Below, one piece after another: positions 1 through 11,496 of a stretch of 64,000 nucleotides of DNA (position 1 is its first letter; each line of letters starts with the position of its first letter). The stretch lies in NCBI GenBank assembly GCA_964016885.1, contig OZ024740.1, forward strand, positions 323,454,001 through 323,518,000, in the 5' to 3' direction. The DNA is from Eledone cirrhosa (taxonomy: Eukaryota). Below the pieces are notes generated by a model, which had not been told where the DNA came from, did not search any database, and was given only the letters and a program-made list of their open reading frames with translations. A program made the translations under genes and the position numbers.

Positions 1-227
1 CAACAATTTCTTGGCGAAATAGATCTCTTTTGATTTGTACATGTGTGTTATATAGTTATAGAGGTGCGTATATACATTTTAATTTATATTTTTAATTATT
101 GTGTGTCTACCCTGCCTTTCATAGGTTATAGATTCCATACACTGGTGGTTTTTCCCTGTTTTATTGATGGCGGACTATCTCTCTCTAGTGTGTTACCTTT
201 TCAACATATTGTATATATATATATTTA

Positions 228-602
228 TTTATTTATTAAAATAACAGATTAAAGTTTAAGCAAAGAATCGCTGCTTTCACCCTTAATGGGATCTTCTGAA
301 ACTAAAAAAATCAATCTGCGAACGCACAAGTAAATATTTCGAAAAAGTTGCAACCCAAGGAAGACATAAGACAATACTTTGGTTCGTGGAAACGTTCCCT
401 GGCAAAGAACGGAAAAAAACGAAGATAATACGTCATTATTTGGAGCGAGTGTACCCGCACACATACGAACGTATACACCAAATACGCATAAAACATATAT
501 AAACATATATATATATATATACATGTGTGTGTGTACGTGCGCGAGCCCTCTTTGGATTTTAGTCTTCAAATTTATTATTATTACTATATATATATATATA
601 GT
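228..602 (-). mobile_element. PLE terminal-repeat (pLTR) fragment, family shared with 11497-12945 and 36795-36980
   Basis: tttattaaaataacagattaaagtttaagcaaagaatcgctgctttcacccttaa recurs near 11577, near 36884 and inverted at 12873-12942; 541-602 is an inverted copy of the family tail; flanked by (TA)n. Confidence 0.7.
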
Positions 603-603
603 A

Positions 604-788
604 ATAACTGTTTCTACGTTAGGCACAAGGTCAGCAATTACCCACTGCATTACTGGTACTTTATTTTATCGACCCCGTAACGATGAAAGGCAAAGTTAAC
701 CTTGGCGGGATTTGAACTCAGAATGGCAAGGGCCGTAACTCTATACGTCAAAGCATGGCGTCCGACACTCTACCAATACTGCCAATCT
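604..788 (-). mobile_element. tRNA-derived SINE (Meta-like central domain)
   Basis: Minus strand has A/B-box-like head (gagttcaaatccc) and actttgcctttcatc..ggggtcgataaaataaagtaccag; more than 10 copies in window. Confidence 0.85.
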
Positions 789-825
789 ACATATACTAAT
801 AACAATAAATTTATATATACATACA

Positions 826-1120
826 CAGTTGTCCCCCGGTATTGGCGGTGTGTATGCTCCAAGAGCACCCGCGAAGAGTGAAAAAATATGACAATGGACT
901 TGGTGAATAGAAATACCTATAAACATCAAAACATAACCTAAAATATAGGCCAGCAAATGCGGTAAATTGATATTAGTAATTTAGGGTTAAAAAGCGTGAA
1001 AAATATATATTATCACGGAAAAAGCCATAAAAAAAATCGCGGAAGATATTTACGATTCCGTGAATATGCTGTGGTTTCCACGAACTATTATTCGGGACCG
1101 CGAATTGTGGGGATACACAA
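826..1120. mobile_element. Tigger/pogo-like MITE
   Basis: Imperfect TIRs cagttgtcccccggtattggcgg / ccgcgaattgtggggatacac; a right-end fragment recurs at 2349-2432. Confidence 0.55.
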
Positions 1121-1289
1121 TATGTATGTGTGCGTGTATGTATGCATGTATGTATGCATACAGTTGGCGTTATTTCGTGTCAATTAATCCGTGATATATA
1201 TATATATATATATTTACATTATGAAGAGAGAAGAAACATTTAGATATAATTAGTAATAAAATGTATCATACCTAAACTGCTCCTAAATT

Positions 1290-1377
1290 CCTCGACTACG
1301 TAGTTTCGTGGCATAAACAAAAACAATATATCATAAAGACATAGAGTCCCTGCGAGGTCTGCCGACTTATCAAGAGG
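1290..1377 (-). ncRNA. Type I hammerhead ribozyme, U3-A8 core variant
   Basis: Minus: cctc TTGATAA gtcggca...tgccac GAAA ctacgtag TC gagg; stems I, II and palindromic III all pair. Confidence 0.75.
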
Positions 1378-1664
1378 TTACCTCATTTTACTAGTCTCAA
1401 GAACGCGTCTACACGACGTGAGAAAGAATCCCAAAAGGCGGAGGGGGAGATAGTCACGCGATATAACGGTCGAGAAACAGAGCTAAGCCTCTTATAACCT
1501 CGAAGAAAATACCACGGAGGCGGAGGGGGCATTTATATCGAGGCCGCAGAAGAGGTGGTGAAGAAGGCGAGAAGTATGGGTAATGGATATTTATATATAT
1601 ACACACACATATATACATATATATATATACACACACACATATATACATATATATATATATATTT

Positions 1665-1718
<54 letters not shown>

Positions 1719-2264
1719 GCGCGTGTGCGTGCGTGTGTGTATGCATAGATATATATATATACCTAGAGATAATCAGCTACATAATCTGACAATATATCAA
1801 AATAACCTGCGACACTCACAAAGACACACACGCACGCACACACGCGCACATACCAACACACACACTACATAAGTTACCATTCAATAAAACTTAAACAAGC
1901 AACATATGATATCTATCAAACCAGCATTTAACGAAAAACAAAGCGCTTTCTACTGATGTATTGTCCGCACTGACTGTGGCGTTACGTGACAGCAACATCC
2001 AACTTCAATCAGATTTCATTTCCTGCTCACGTTCTCAAAGATATTTTCTAAGGAAGAGACGAATCTGACCCATATTCTATATATGTTCTTCCAAAACAAT
2101 GGATATTCTAGCGTCTCATATATGTATCATTATATACGGTGTCTCTCTATTAAGTTTTGTTTATAAGTGTAATCAAGATATGTGTTAAAACACGTTAAAA
2201 CATGCACACGAATATATATATAGTAACACAACAGTTAGTTCACCATACCGAGAACAATTGTTTC

Positions 2265-2344
<80 letters not shown>

Positions 2345-2469
2345 TATAAATGGTTTCCACGAACTATTATTAGTTAGGTCTAAGGAAAATTCCGCGAATA
2401 ACAGGCACTGCGAATGGCGGGGGTACACTATATGTACACTATATATATATATATATATATATATATTTA

Positions 2470-2675
2470 AATGGTTTCTACAGGACTAGAACTGTTTCAT
2501 TCGGGAGAAATCATCAGGGCTTCCTGATGATTTATCCTGAATGAAACAGTTCTAGTCCTGTAGAAGCCATTTCCATATTACATATTAAATATTCATACTC
2601 TGCTACGTATTGAGTACCTTACTTACTGTGGTTACACCCGATTGGTTACCCCCGATTGAACACGTGATAATCATA
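2470..2675 (+). mobile_element. Foldback PLE pLTR mini-element with atypical hammerhead-like motif
   Basis: Head-to-head arms about 2470-2518 / 2523-2572 each read CTGATGA tttc..gaat GAAAC agttcta GTC; related copy at 19140-19190; stem I is poor. Confidence 0.6.
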
Positions 2676-2723
2676 TATATATATTCACCCGGGTGAACCT
2701 ACAGTAACTCTGCGTTACACTTC

Positions 2724-2778
<55 letters not shown>

Positions 2779-2784
2779 TATATA

Positions 2785-2946
2785 ACGAAGGAAATGTGGT
2801 AAGGAACCAGGTGGACCATAACGCACCAAAGTACTCAATACTTGAGGTAGTAGAGTGGGTAATAGGAACCAGTAAGACCCCGACAGCTGAGGTCCAGAAT
2901 TAGCCGTCGAAACGGCTTGAGCTCAGCTGTCGGGGTCTTACTGGTT

Positions 2947-2951
<5 letters not shown>
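2785..2951 (-). mobile_element. Foldback pLTR mini-element (family of 15405-16465)
   Basis: Tail aacgaaggaaatgtggtaaggaacc..gtagagtgggtaatagg plus hairpin 2861-2951; bounded by (TA)n on both sides. Confidence 0.75.
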
Positions 2952-3014
<63 letters not shown>

Positions 3015-3052
3015 ATATTAATAAATGGAAACTATATTTATAAAACCAGATT

Positions 3053-3118
3053 TATTTTATTATATATATTTCAAGGGCAACCAGGGCAAATTATGGTGCG
3101 CTTTCATCAGATAAAATA
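3053..3118 (-). ncRNA. Minimal type I hammerhead ribozyme in PLE pLTR
   Basis: Minus: tattttat CTGATGA aag...ctt GAAA tatata TA ataaaata (8-bp stem I); inverted half-copy at 3218-3237. Confidence 0.8.
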
Positions 3119-3296
3119 TAGATTTATAATTAAATATTGACATACCCGGAAAAAAGACAACCTTAACGGTTGGAGCTTTCTGGGTATGTCAATATTTATT
3201 TATAAAACAAATCTGTATTTTATCTGATGAAAGCGCTTTATATCAGTTATAAAATTTTTTAAGCTTATTGAATCCCAACAAATTAAATATAACCTC

Positions 3297-3363
<67 letters not shown>

Positions 3364-3577
3364 CAAAGGGTATATATCCAAGAAGTCTTTGGACAAATTC
3401 CTCCAAGTAATCCCGGACAAACCACCCACACCCGGATATGTCTCCGCAAACAGTAATTCTCTTCTCGAATGGGCCATGGTGCCCAAATCCTGAATTGAAA
3501 GACTTCGCCAGGTGGTGCTATTAAGTTAGACATGGCCTGGGCCAATACTGGCCAAAACATTTCAAAGTTATTCAAAG

Positions 3578-3638
<61 letters not shown>

Positions 3639-3735
3639 GACATAGTCACACATACATATATGAGTTTGGCAACCATTCACGGTGTGGATCAATGAAGAAT
3701 TAATTAAATAATTATTAATCAGAGCTATATACAAA

Positions 3736-4255
3736 AATGTAAGTCCAAAGAATCATTAGATAAAATATATACAGTATTTCCTCTCCCAATCAGTATAAAT
3801 TAACCACATAAAAAATCTTTTAAACGAGGCTATAAGTTTAAAATGTACTTATGAAGAAATAATAGACAAATGACACAGATTATTTTCCGCGATGTACAGC
3901 CATATGACACTTATCTAATTATTTCTTCTGGCCTGTAGAAATTGACTAGACAACTAGTTAACTACACTGAATTAGGTACAAAATAGAAGTTTGAAGAAAA
4001 AATGCACATAAATTTTACCAGAATTCTCATAGTCTCTAACACTGGTGGTTTCTACAGGCTAGAAGAAATAATTAGATAAGTGTCATATGGCTGTACATCG
4101 CGGAAAATAATCTGTGTCATTTGTCTATTATTTCTTCATAAGTACATTTTAAACTTATAGCCTCGTTTAAATGATTATTTATGTGGTTAATTTATACTGA
4201 TTGGGAGAGGAAATACTGTATATATTTTATCTAATGATTCTTTGGACTTACATTT
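3736..4255. repeat. About 205-bp inverted repeat with about 110-bp spacer, TA-flanked
   Basis: 3736-3940 is the reverse complement of 4050-4255, nearly identical. Confidence 0.9.
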
Positions 4256-4427
4256 ATATATATATATATATTATGTATTTATATATATACATGTATGTAT
4301 ATTTATTTCGATAACCAATGTTGCATGATCCAAGCAATTGAGAATAATTAAGTAATCTGGCTGAAGCAGTAATGGATGGATGTCACAACGTATTATGTAT
4401 ATGGTATATCACTATTATATCGGTGTA

Positions 4428-4602
4428 TTGGCAGTATCGGTAGTGGGTCGGACGCCATGCTTTGCAGTATAAAGTCACGGCGCTTTAGGGTCTGAGTTCA
4501 AATCCCGCCGAGGTTAACTTTGCCTTTCATCCTTACGGAGTCGATGAAATGAAACACCAGTAATGCATAATGACCTTGTGCCAAAAATAGAAACAATTAT
4601 TA
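4428..4602 (+). mobile_element. tRNA-derived SINE
   Basis: ggcagtatcggtag..gagttcaaatcccgccgaggttaactttgcctttcatccttacgg..agaaacaattatt. Confidence 0.85.
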
Positions 4603-5712
4603 AGAAAAGGAAGAGACGGTATCACATATTCAGCATTAGTTTATTTCAATACATCATCCTGTTATGCACATGTCAAATACACCAAAAGATCGATATTCAG
4701 CAGTTATTTAAAGCATTGTCGTCAAACATGAGGTGAAATGTAAATGAAAATAATGTTTCTTTTGTTTTTTCCCATGTTTGACATTGAAGATATGTTTATA
4801 TATCAACACCGGCCAAGCATATGTTGTATTGACTCTAGTACTGGCAACTCGGTGGATAGGTGCGTGCGGGCTAGAACGGTGGTAGCAGTAGATGGTGAAA
4901 GTAGGTTAGTACACTAAACAGAGTCAGGCTATTTAATCTATGGTCAGTCGTTCTGGTTCCTAAAGGGTTATAAAACAGTCGATTAATCTATCTAAAATCT
5001 TTATCGATTAGCCCCCAGTGGGTGACAACGGACGTTCTAGCCTTATCACTATCATGTAAGCGTCGCTAAGTCTATGAAACATCATCATCTATCAAAGCTG
5101 CTGTACACCGGGAAGAGGGGTTTTGCTGAAACTAATGCGTGCAAATGTTGCCAAATGCGTGTGTGCAATCTAGATCTAAACATAATGGGTTCGCATTGAT
5201 GTAGCCATGACGCGTGTGTACCTGGCCCTAATGCAGTAGTATATGCAGGTACAAGTGAACTACAGCTGATGCATAAGCGCATATACGCTGAGAAACAAAC
5301 AACTCTTATGCTCCCGCGCACACATATATATAGATATGTGCCCCCCCCCCCCCCCCACATGCAGAGGTAGATTGATAGAGGTAAGAAATGAAAGAAAGAA
5401 AGAAAAAATATATCACGTCAAAAGTAAAAACGAAGATCAAAAATGTTAGTAGAAGTTAGAGGTAATATACAAATGAAATGGTAGGCCCGGTTTTTAAACA
5501 TACATACACACACATACACCCCCCCCCCCCCCCACACACACACACATACACACGTATGTATAAATATATATATATATATATATGCAAAGTTTTATTTAAA
5601 TTGTTGGGTTACAACGAGTAAATATTTATAAGTGATATAAAAGCACTCAACAAGTATTTGGAGTATATTTACGATATTAAATAAATGGAAACTATACTTA
5701 TAAAACCATATT

Positions 5713-5778
5713 TATTTCATTATATATATTTCAGGGATATCATATTAAAAATATGGTATGCCTTCATCAGACAAGATA
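5713..5778 (-). ncRNA. Minimal type I hammerhead ribozyme (left pLTR)
   Basis: Minus: tatcttgt CTGATGA agg...cct GAAA tatata TA atgaaata. Confidence 0.8.
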
Positions 5779-6166
5779 CAATATAAACAGTCTTATAAAT
5801 AGATAGATTTGACATACCTTCCACTTCAACTTCCATTTAAAAAGTTGATTTGGTAGTGAAAAAATGTTAGGGACAGTTATAGAGAAAAAAGAAAGAAAGA
5901 AAGAAAGCGAAGAAAAAAGAAGAAATGCATGCAACGAAAAACAGAGAGAGATAGATATAGAGAGAGAGATAGAGAGAAGAAATTCATGTAAAGAAAAAAC
6001 CGAGAGAGATAGATAGAGAGAGAAAAAGATGGAGATAGATAGAGAGAGAGAGAGAGAGAAAAGAGAGAGAGAGAGAGAAAAAATAGAGAGAGAGAGATAT
6101 AGATAGAAATAGAGAGAGAAAAAATAGGTAGTTGGGCACCAGTTGAATGACGTATCAATGATATAT

Positions 6167-6197
<31 letters not shown>

Positions 6198-7176
6198 GTT
6201 CTAGTATTAAGGTAGAGAGAGATATATGTGGTTAGGAGAGAAAACAGCCGTTACATAGAGAGAAAAGAAAAATATCCAGTGATAAACGAGGCAGATTTAA
6301 AACATTATGTTTCATCAATCTAAAATATCAATTCGTATGAATTAGGTATTATAATGTAAATATCAGTATTCATGAATGAGACACGTATCAATAATGTGTG
6401 AAAAATAATGATCATATATCTAGTTTAAAATTCCTAGGTTAATAATCAGAACTGAGATAAAACTGAGATAAAAACTTTAAAAAAAAAATTGAAATACATA
6501 AGTATATATGCACTTTCATGAAAAAAGAAAAAGAAAATAGAAGGTTATACCAGATTCGATACTATAGACATCCATGTGAATTTACGTGATCAACTCTGCA
6601 AATTCCCATTTCACATGAAACCATTCTCATTGTGCTATAAAAATTCTAGTATAACATATATGTGTACATACACACAAATATATATAGAGTCTACATTAAT
6701 TTTAACAATAATATTATTGTCTTTACTCTACATGATTATCGTTCAAGCATAAAATAGACAACAGATATCAATATATCAATAAAAATATTAAAAATATTAA
6801 AAATAAAAAATAAAAAATATTAAAAAATAAAACACAGTATGCCCCGCAAATCAACCACAGAAAACTACCCTTCAAATTTATTTGACAATATATTGCCAAG
6901 TTCATTATAAGCATCAGAATCAAAAGCAAACAAAACCAAAATTATTCACCAAATCCTGTCTAGCAGAAATCATTCCAAAAGTTTAGGATACCCATTTGAT
7001 CTACAGATGGTCTTATATTTATTATAGAAGTTTATCTAGTGTAAAATTTATTCGATATATTTGGATCATCATCTTTTAGGGTAGTTTAATTATTAATGAA
7101 GAATGTTTAAAAAAAAAAGGACTCGAAAGATTTATCGGCGAGTTTCATAAATAATTACAAATCATAAGTAAATATA

Positions 7177-8118
7177 CTACATTTTAAATTTATATTTATA
7201 TTTAAAAGTTGAGTTCAATCTATGTCTGCAGCAACTGAATAAATTTGTCCGTAAATTAAGGGAATTTTTAGATTTTAGTATAAAGAATATCTCCTCCGCG
7301 CAGAGGTCACATGTCTCAGAAGATGAATTAAAAGGAATCCCTCTTGAGACTATATTCCAAGCCGTCGAATATCCAACGTTATCATGCTTAAGTTGCCAGA
7401 GTAAGCCTGATAGTGAAGTTGAAGATTTTTTGCTTGGATCTGTGAAAGAATTCTTGTGGTTATTATAGCGAAGTTTAAATTCTGTCGAGGTGGAACCAAC
7501 ATAGTTAAAATAATTTAAGTCCGTTTTAACATTACAGTTGTATATTATATTTTTAACTAAGCAATTGTTATTTAACGGACATTTAGATCTATCTCTACAG
7601 TTACATTTGTTTACTTGGATATTATTTAGGCTATTATCGGTATTTTGGCTAGGTTTTAAATCCCTATTATTTATTCTATTAATATTTTGTGCTAAATTTT
7701 TGGTGGATGAGTAAGTTAGTTTTATAGTATGTCTATTGAAAATTGAATGATACTTATGTGTTCTAGGGAAGCGATTATCAAGAGCATTAAAAAATAGTTT
7801 AGCGATGTGGGTTTTAATGTTTAGTGAGAAGGGGGGGGGGCAAACCATATTATATTTCTAGTTCTATTTCTTTTTTGGCTTTTGGAATTATTGTAATGCT
7901 TTCTATTATAGTTGTTAAAGTTGTTGCCGTAATTAAAATTGTTGTTATTTTGGTTAGTTTGTCTATTATTATCTATGTACATAATTTGATCACTATATCC
8001 TGCTCTACCTAACGCGTCATTGTAATACTGGGCTTTTTCGTCGAAAATCTTTTTATTAGATGAGATTCTAGAGATACGTTTTTGAACAGAGTTCACTATA
8101 GTATTTTTAACAGATCTG
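7177..8118 (-). pseudogene. PLE ORF C-terminus: RT thumb end, linker and GIY-YIG endonuclease; frameshift in G10 run at 7831-7840
   Basis: RISRISSN..Y..AL..AGY, IIWF.PPFS..KT.I.K.F, IFNR.TIKL.YS, CNCRDRSKCPL, IIY..YVG.T..FKLRYNNH..SF, CDLC..E, LN.R..CCRH. Confidence 0.9.
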
Positions 8119-8787
8119 ATCTCAGTTCTGATTATTAACCTAGGAATTTTAAACTAGACATATGATCATTATTTTTCACACATTATTGATACGTGTCTCA
8201 TTCATGAATACTGATATTTACATTATAATACCTAATTCATACGAATTGATATTTTAGATTGATGAAACATAATGTTTTAAATCTGCCTCGTTTATCACTG
8301 GATATTTTTCTTTTCTCTCTATGTAACGGCTGTTTTCTCTCCTAACCACATATATCTCTCTCTACCTTAATACTAGAACTAAATAAATAAATAAATAAAT
8401 AAATATATCATTGATACGTCATTCAACTGGTGCCCAACTACCTATTTTTTCTCTCTCTATCTCTATCTATATCTATCTCTCTCTATTTTTTTCTCTCTCT
8501 CTCTTTTCTCTCTCTCTCTCTCTCTATCTATCTCCATCTTTTTCTCTCTCTATCTATCTCTCTCGGTTTTTTCTTTACATGAATTTCTTCTCTCTATCTA
8601 TCTCTCTATATCTATCTCTCTCTGTTTTTCGTTGCATGCATTTCTTCTTTTTTCTTCGCTTTCTTTCTTTCTTTCTTTTTTCTCTATAACTGTCCCTAAC
8701 ATTTTTTCACTACCAAATCAACTTTTTAAATGGAAGTTGAAGTGTAAGGTATGTCAAATCTATCTATTTATAAGACTGTTTATATTG

Positions 8788-8853
8788 TATTTTGTCTGAT
8801 GAAGGCATACCATATTTTTAATATGATATCCCTGAAATATATATAATGAAATA
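8788..8853 (+). ncRNA. Minimal type I hammerhead ribozyme (right pLTR)
   Basis: tattttgt CTGATGA agg...cct GAAA tatata TA atgaaata; 8-bp stem I with 2 G-U pairs. Confidence 0.82.
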
Positions 8854-8940
8854 AATATGGTTTTATAAATATAGTTTCCATTTATTTAATATCGTATATA
8901 TATATATATATATATATATATAGCTAATATATATATATAT

Positions 8941-9547
8941 AGCTAATACTATTATTATTATTACAGTGAACTGCGGAATACACTTAATTCCGATCTTTGT
9001 ATACTTAACGAGCTCCAAATTGTTGAGCTAATAAATTCGAATTGTTGGGCTGCCCTCTCTAGCATTTTCCCCAATCCACGAGAGCCGTTATTTGATGCAA
9101 ATAACACGTGATTTCGCCGTACTCTGGGCAGCGTGTATATTAGCTTTCTCTCTATCTATGAGGTTGGATGTGTCGTGAACAGTGTCCACATTTGCTGACT
9201 GAGGATCTTGTGGCCTGTTATACTACACATATCAGTGGTGAAACGAAGCGAGATTCGTATCAGCAAACTTTTAGTTATAAGGTTGCTAATTTAAAACTCT
9301 AATTCAGTGATTTGATTCTGACTTAGTTTTTTTTCTATTTAATTGCTAAACCTGTAGATATTGTTCTCTATACAGTAACGGTAAAACTCACTTGTAATAA
9401 TTCTTTACACACATCTCACTGTGTAACACACTTCTCTTTGTGTAATATATTTGCATTTGAGCTCAGAAGGAAATTCGCTATTCTTCTTTGAGCTAATACT
9501 ATTATTATTATTACAGTGAACTGCGGAATACTCTTAATTCCGATCTT

Positions 9548-9553
<6 letters not shown>
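8941..9553 (+). mobile_element. Non-coding retrozyme/PLE-like unit with 63-bp direct terminal repeats
   Basis: agctaatactattattattattacagtgaactgcggaatac..gatctttgtata at 8941 and 9491; internal hammerhead; (TA)n flanks. Confidence 0.75.
9191..9267 (+). ncRNA. Type I hammerhead ribozyme with full stem III
   Basis: tttgctga CTGAGGA ... GAAA cgaa gcgaga ttcg TA tcagcaaa; 8-bp stem I, 4-bp stem III; stem II weak. Confidence 0.8.
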
Positions 9554-9631
<78 letters not shown>

Positions 9632-9741
9632 AACTTTGGAAGGGTCATGTTGCCAACAAAAGTACACGCACATATTGTGTTTCACTTCAATTTCTCATAG
9701 TTAGTTGGTTGATTCGGTAACCAGAATGTTGTTTATATAAT

Positions 9742-9784
9742 GCCAGAACTCTTTCGTCACACATTCTGTGACCTCGTCAGTGAC
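9742..9784 (-). ncRNA. Minimal type I hammerhead ribozyme
   Basis: Minus: gtca CTGACGA g gtcaca gaatg tgtgac GAAA gagt TC tggc. Confidence 0.75.
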
Positions 9785-10295
9785 TAGGTTTTTATTTTGT
9801 GTGTCTCGCTTTTTTCTGTCCTACACCATCTTGTTTTTGTGTGTTTTGTGTTGTGTGCTTAGTTTGCGCATGCGTTAAATACAGTGTGTGTATGTATTTT
9901 TATTTATTTATTTATGTGTTTATTTACTTGTTCTATCTGTGTGTGTCTGATTTGTTTCGTTAGTTTGGTTTTCAAGTATGTCTGTATGCCTTCATTTTGT
10001 CCTTAATTACTAGTTGTGATGTTGCTAATACCCTCATGTTTTCTATTTAATTTTGGTTGGAGTTCGTTTATATTTGTTGCCTCTGTGATTTGTCAATATC
10101 CACACACAGAAAAGATGCAGTAATCGAACCAAACAACCAACCAACCGGAAACTTATAATAAATTGAGGTGAAAACCAGCTGTTGCTTATGCCTTTATTGA
10201 CAACATGATCCTCCCAAAGTATAACAATATCTGTTTCAACATACCTTTTCACATAAGAAATCTCGCAAAACAAATTCAAAAACAAATTATATATT

Positions 10296-10360
<65 letters not shown>

Positions 10361-10408
10361 ATGTGTGTATTGGAAAATGTGTGAAATCCTTGGTACAGTT
10401 AGGTATAA

Positions 10409-10572
10409 TTGAAAAAAAGGAAAGAATGACTTCACTTGTAGTTCTAAACAATTTAATTTTATAATATTACAATTTTACAATTTTCCTTTGTAGATCTAGA
10501 AAGCAAAATTGTAATATTATAAAATCAAGTTGTTTAGAACTACAAGTGAAGTCATTCTTTTCCTTTTTTCAA
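10409..10572. repeat. Foldback inverted repeat (about 68-bp arms) ending in (TA)n
   Basis: ttgaaaaaaaggaaagaatgacttcacttgtagttctaaac / gtttagaactacaagtgaagtcattctt..ttcaa. Confidence 0.85.
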
Positions 10573-10645
10573 ATATATATATATATATACATATATATAT
10601 ACACACACACACACTCACATACACATATATATACGTATATATAGA

Positions 10646-11490
10646 CTAGCCGAATTACCCGCGCCATGCTGCGTTTCACACATTTTTTTGTAAGAAAATG
10701 ATGATTGATTTTAAATCAGTGATATAATTTATGGAGAAAAACTCTGCATTTCAATATTACTCAATGTAAAATGTAATGTATGAAAAATTGGAAAACATTA
10801 TTTTTTGTAATATAGGGCGGTGGATTGGCAGTATTGGTAGAGGGTCGGACGCCATGCTTTCCAGCATAGTTACATCCCTTTACGGTCTGAGTTCAAATCC
10901 CGCCGAGGTTAACTTTGCCTTTCATCCTTACGGGGTCGATAAAATAAAGTACCAGTAATGTACTGGGTAATTGATGGCCTTGTGCCAAATGTAGAAAAAA
11001 TTATTTTTTGTAATATATCAAATCAAAATAACATTATTAAATCTTATTCTTATTTTGTTTTTTGTAAATTTTTTTTTTTTTCAAAATATCAATTCAAAAC
11101 TTTTGTGAATACGCATCTTTAAATTTCTTATAAATCGAAGGAAAATAATTTTCATCGGGAGTTTGTGCCCCCGGGGGACCCTGATAGGGGTTTAACCACC
11201 ATTAGGGTGTCTTAATATTATTATATTTGCTGAAACTTTGTGAATAGGCATCATATCTTGTCATTTACCTATGGTTTAAATTTCATATAAATCGAAGTAA
11301 ACACATTTTCAGCGGGGGTTTTCAACGGGGGTTTGTGCCCCTGTGGAACCCTTTGATTAAAATGAAATATACTTATCCTGGGCAATGTAGTTTCAGAATA
11401 TATACGGTTATGGGAGTCTATCTCCAAAACCACAGAAGTTCGTGAACAAACAAGCAAACAGACAGGAACTACAACTATATTTATATATAT
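10646..11490 (-). mobile_element. Non-autonomous Helitron-like element with nested SINE (10815-11000, +)
   Basis: CTAG terminus at 10646-10649 next to a GC-rich segment; far end has caaacagaca repeats and TA; SINE flanked by duplicated attattttttgtaatata. Confidence 0.6.
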
Positions 11491-11496
11491 ATATAG

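Larger units (their letters stand above)
5585..8896 (-). mobile_element. 5'-truncated Penelope-like element (Naiad-type) with about 790-bp inverted pLTRs
   Basis: Arms 5670-6458 and 8119-8896 are reverse complements, each with a hammerhead; they enclose the GIY-YIG ORF; extra 3' tail 5585-5669; (TA)n on both sides. Confidence 0.9.

Noticed and set aside
7177-7848. Selenoprotein recoding as reported for some Naiad PLEs
   Set aside because: Conserved Cys positions are ordinary Cys codons; no in-frame UGA in this fragment
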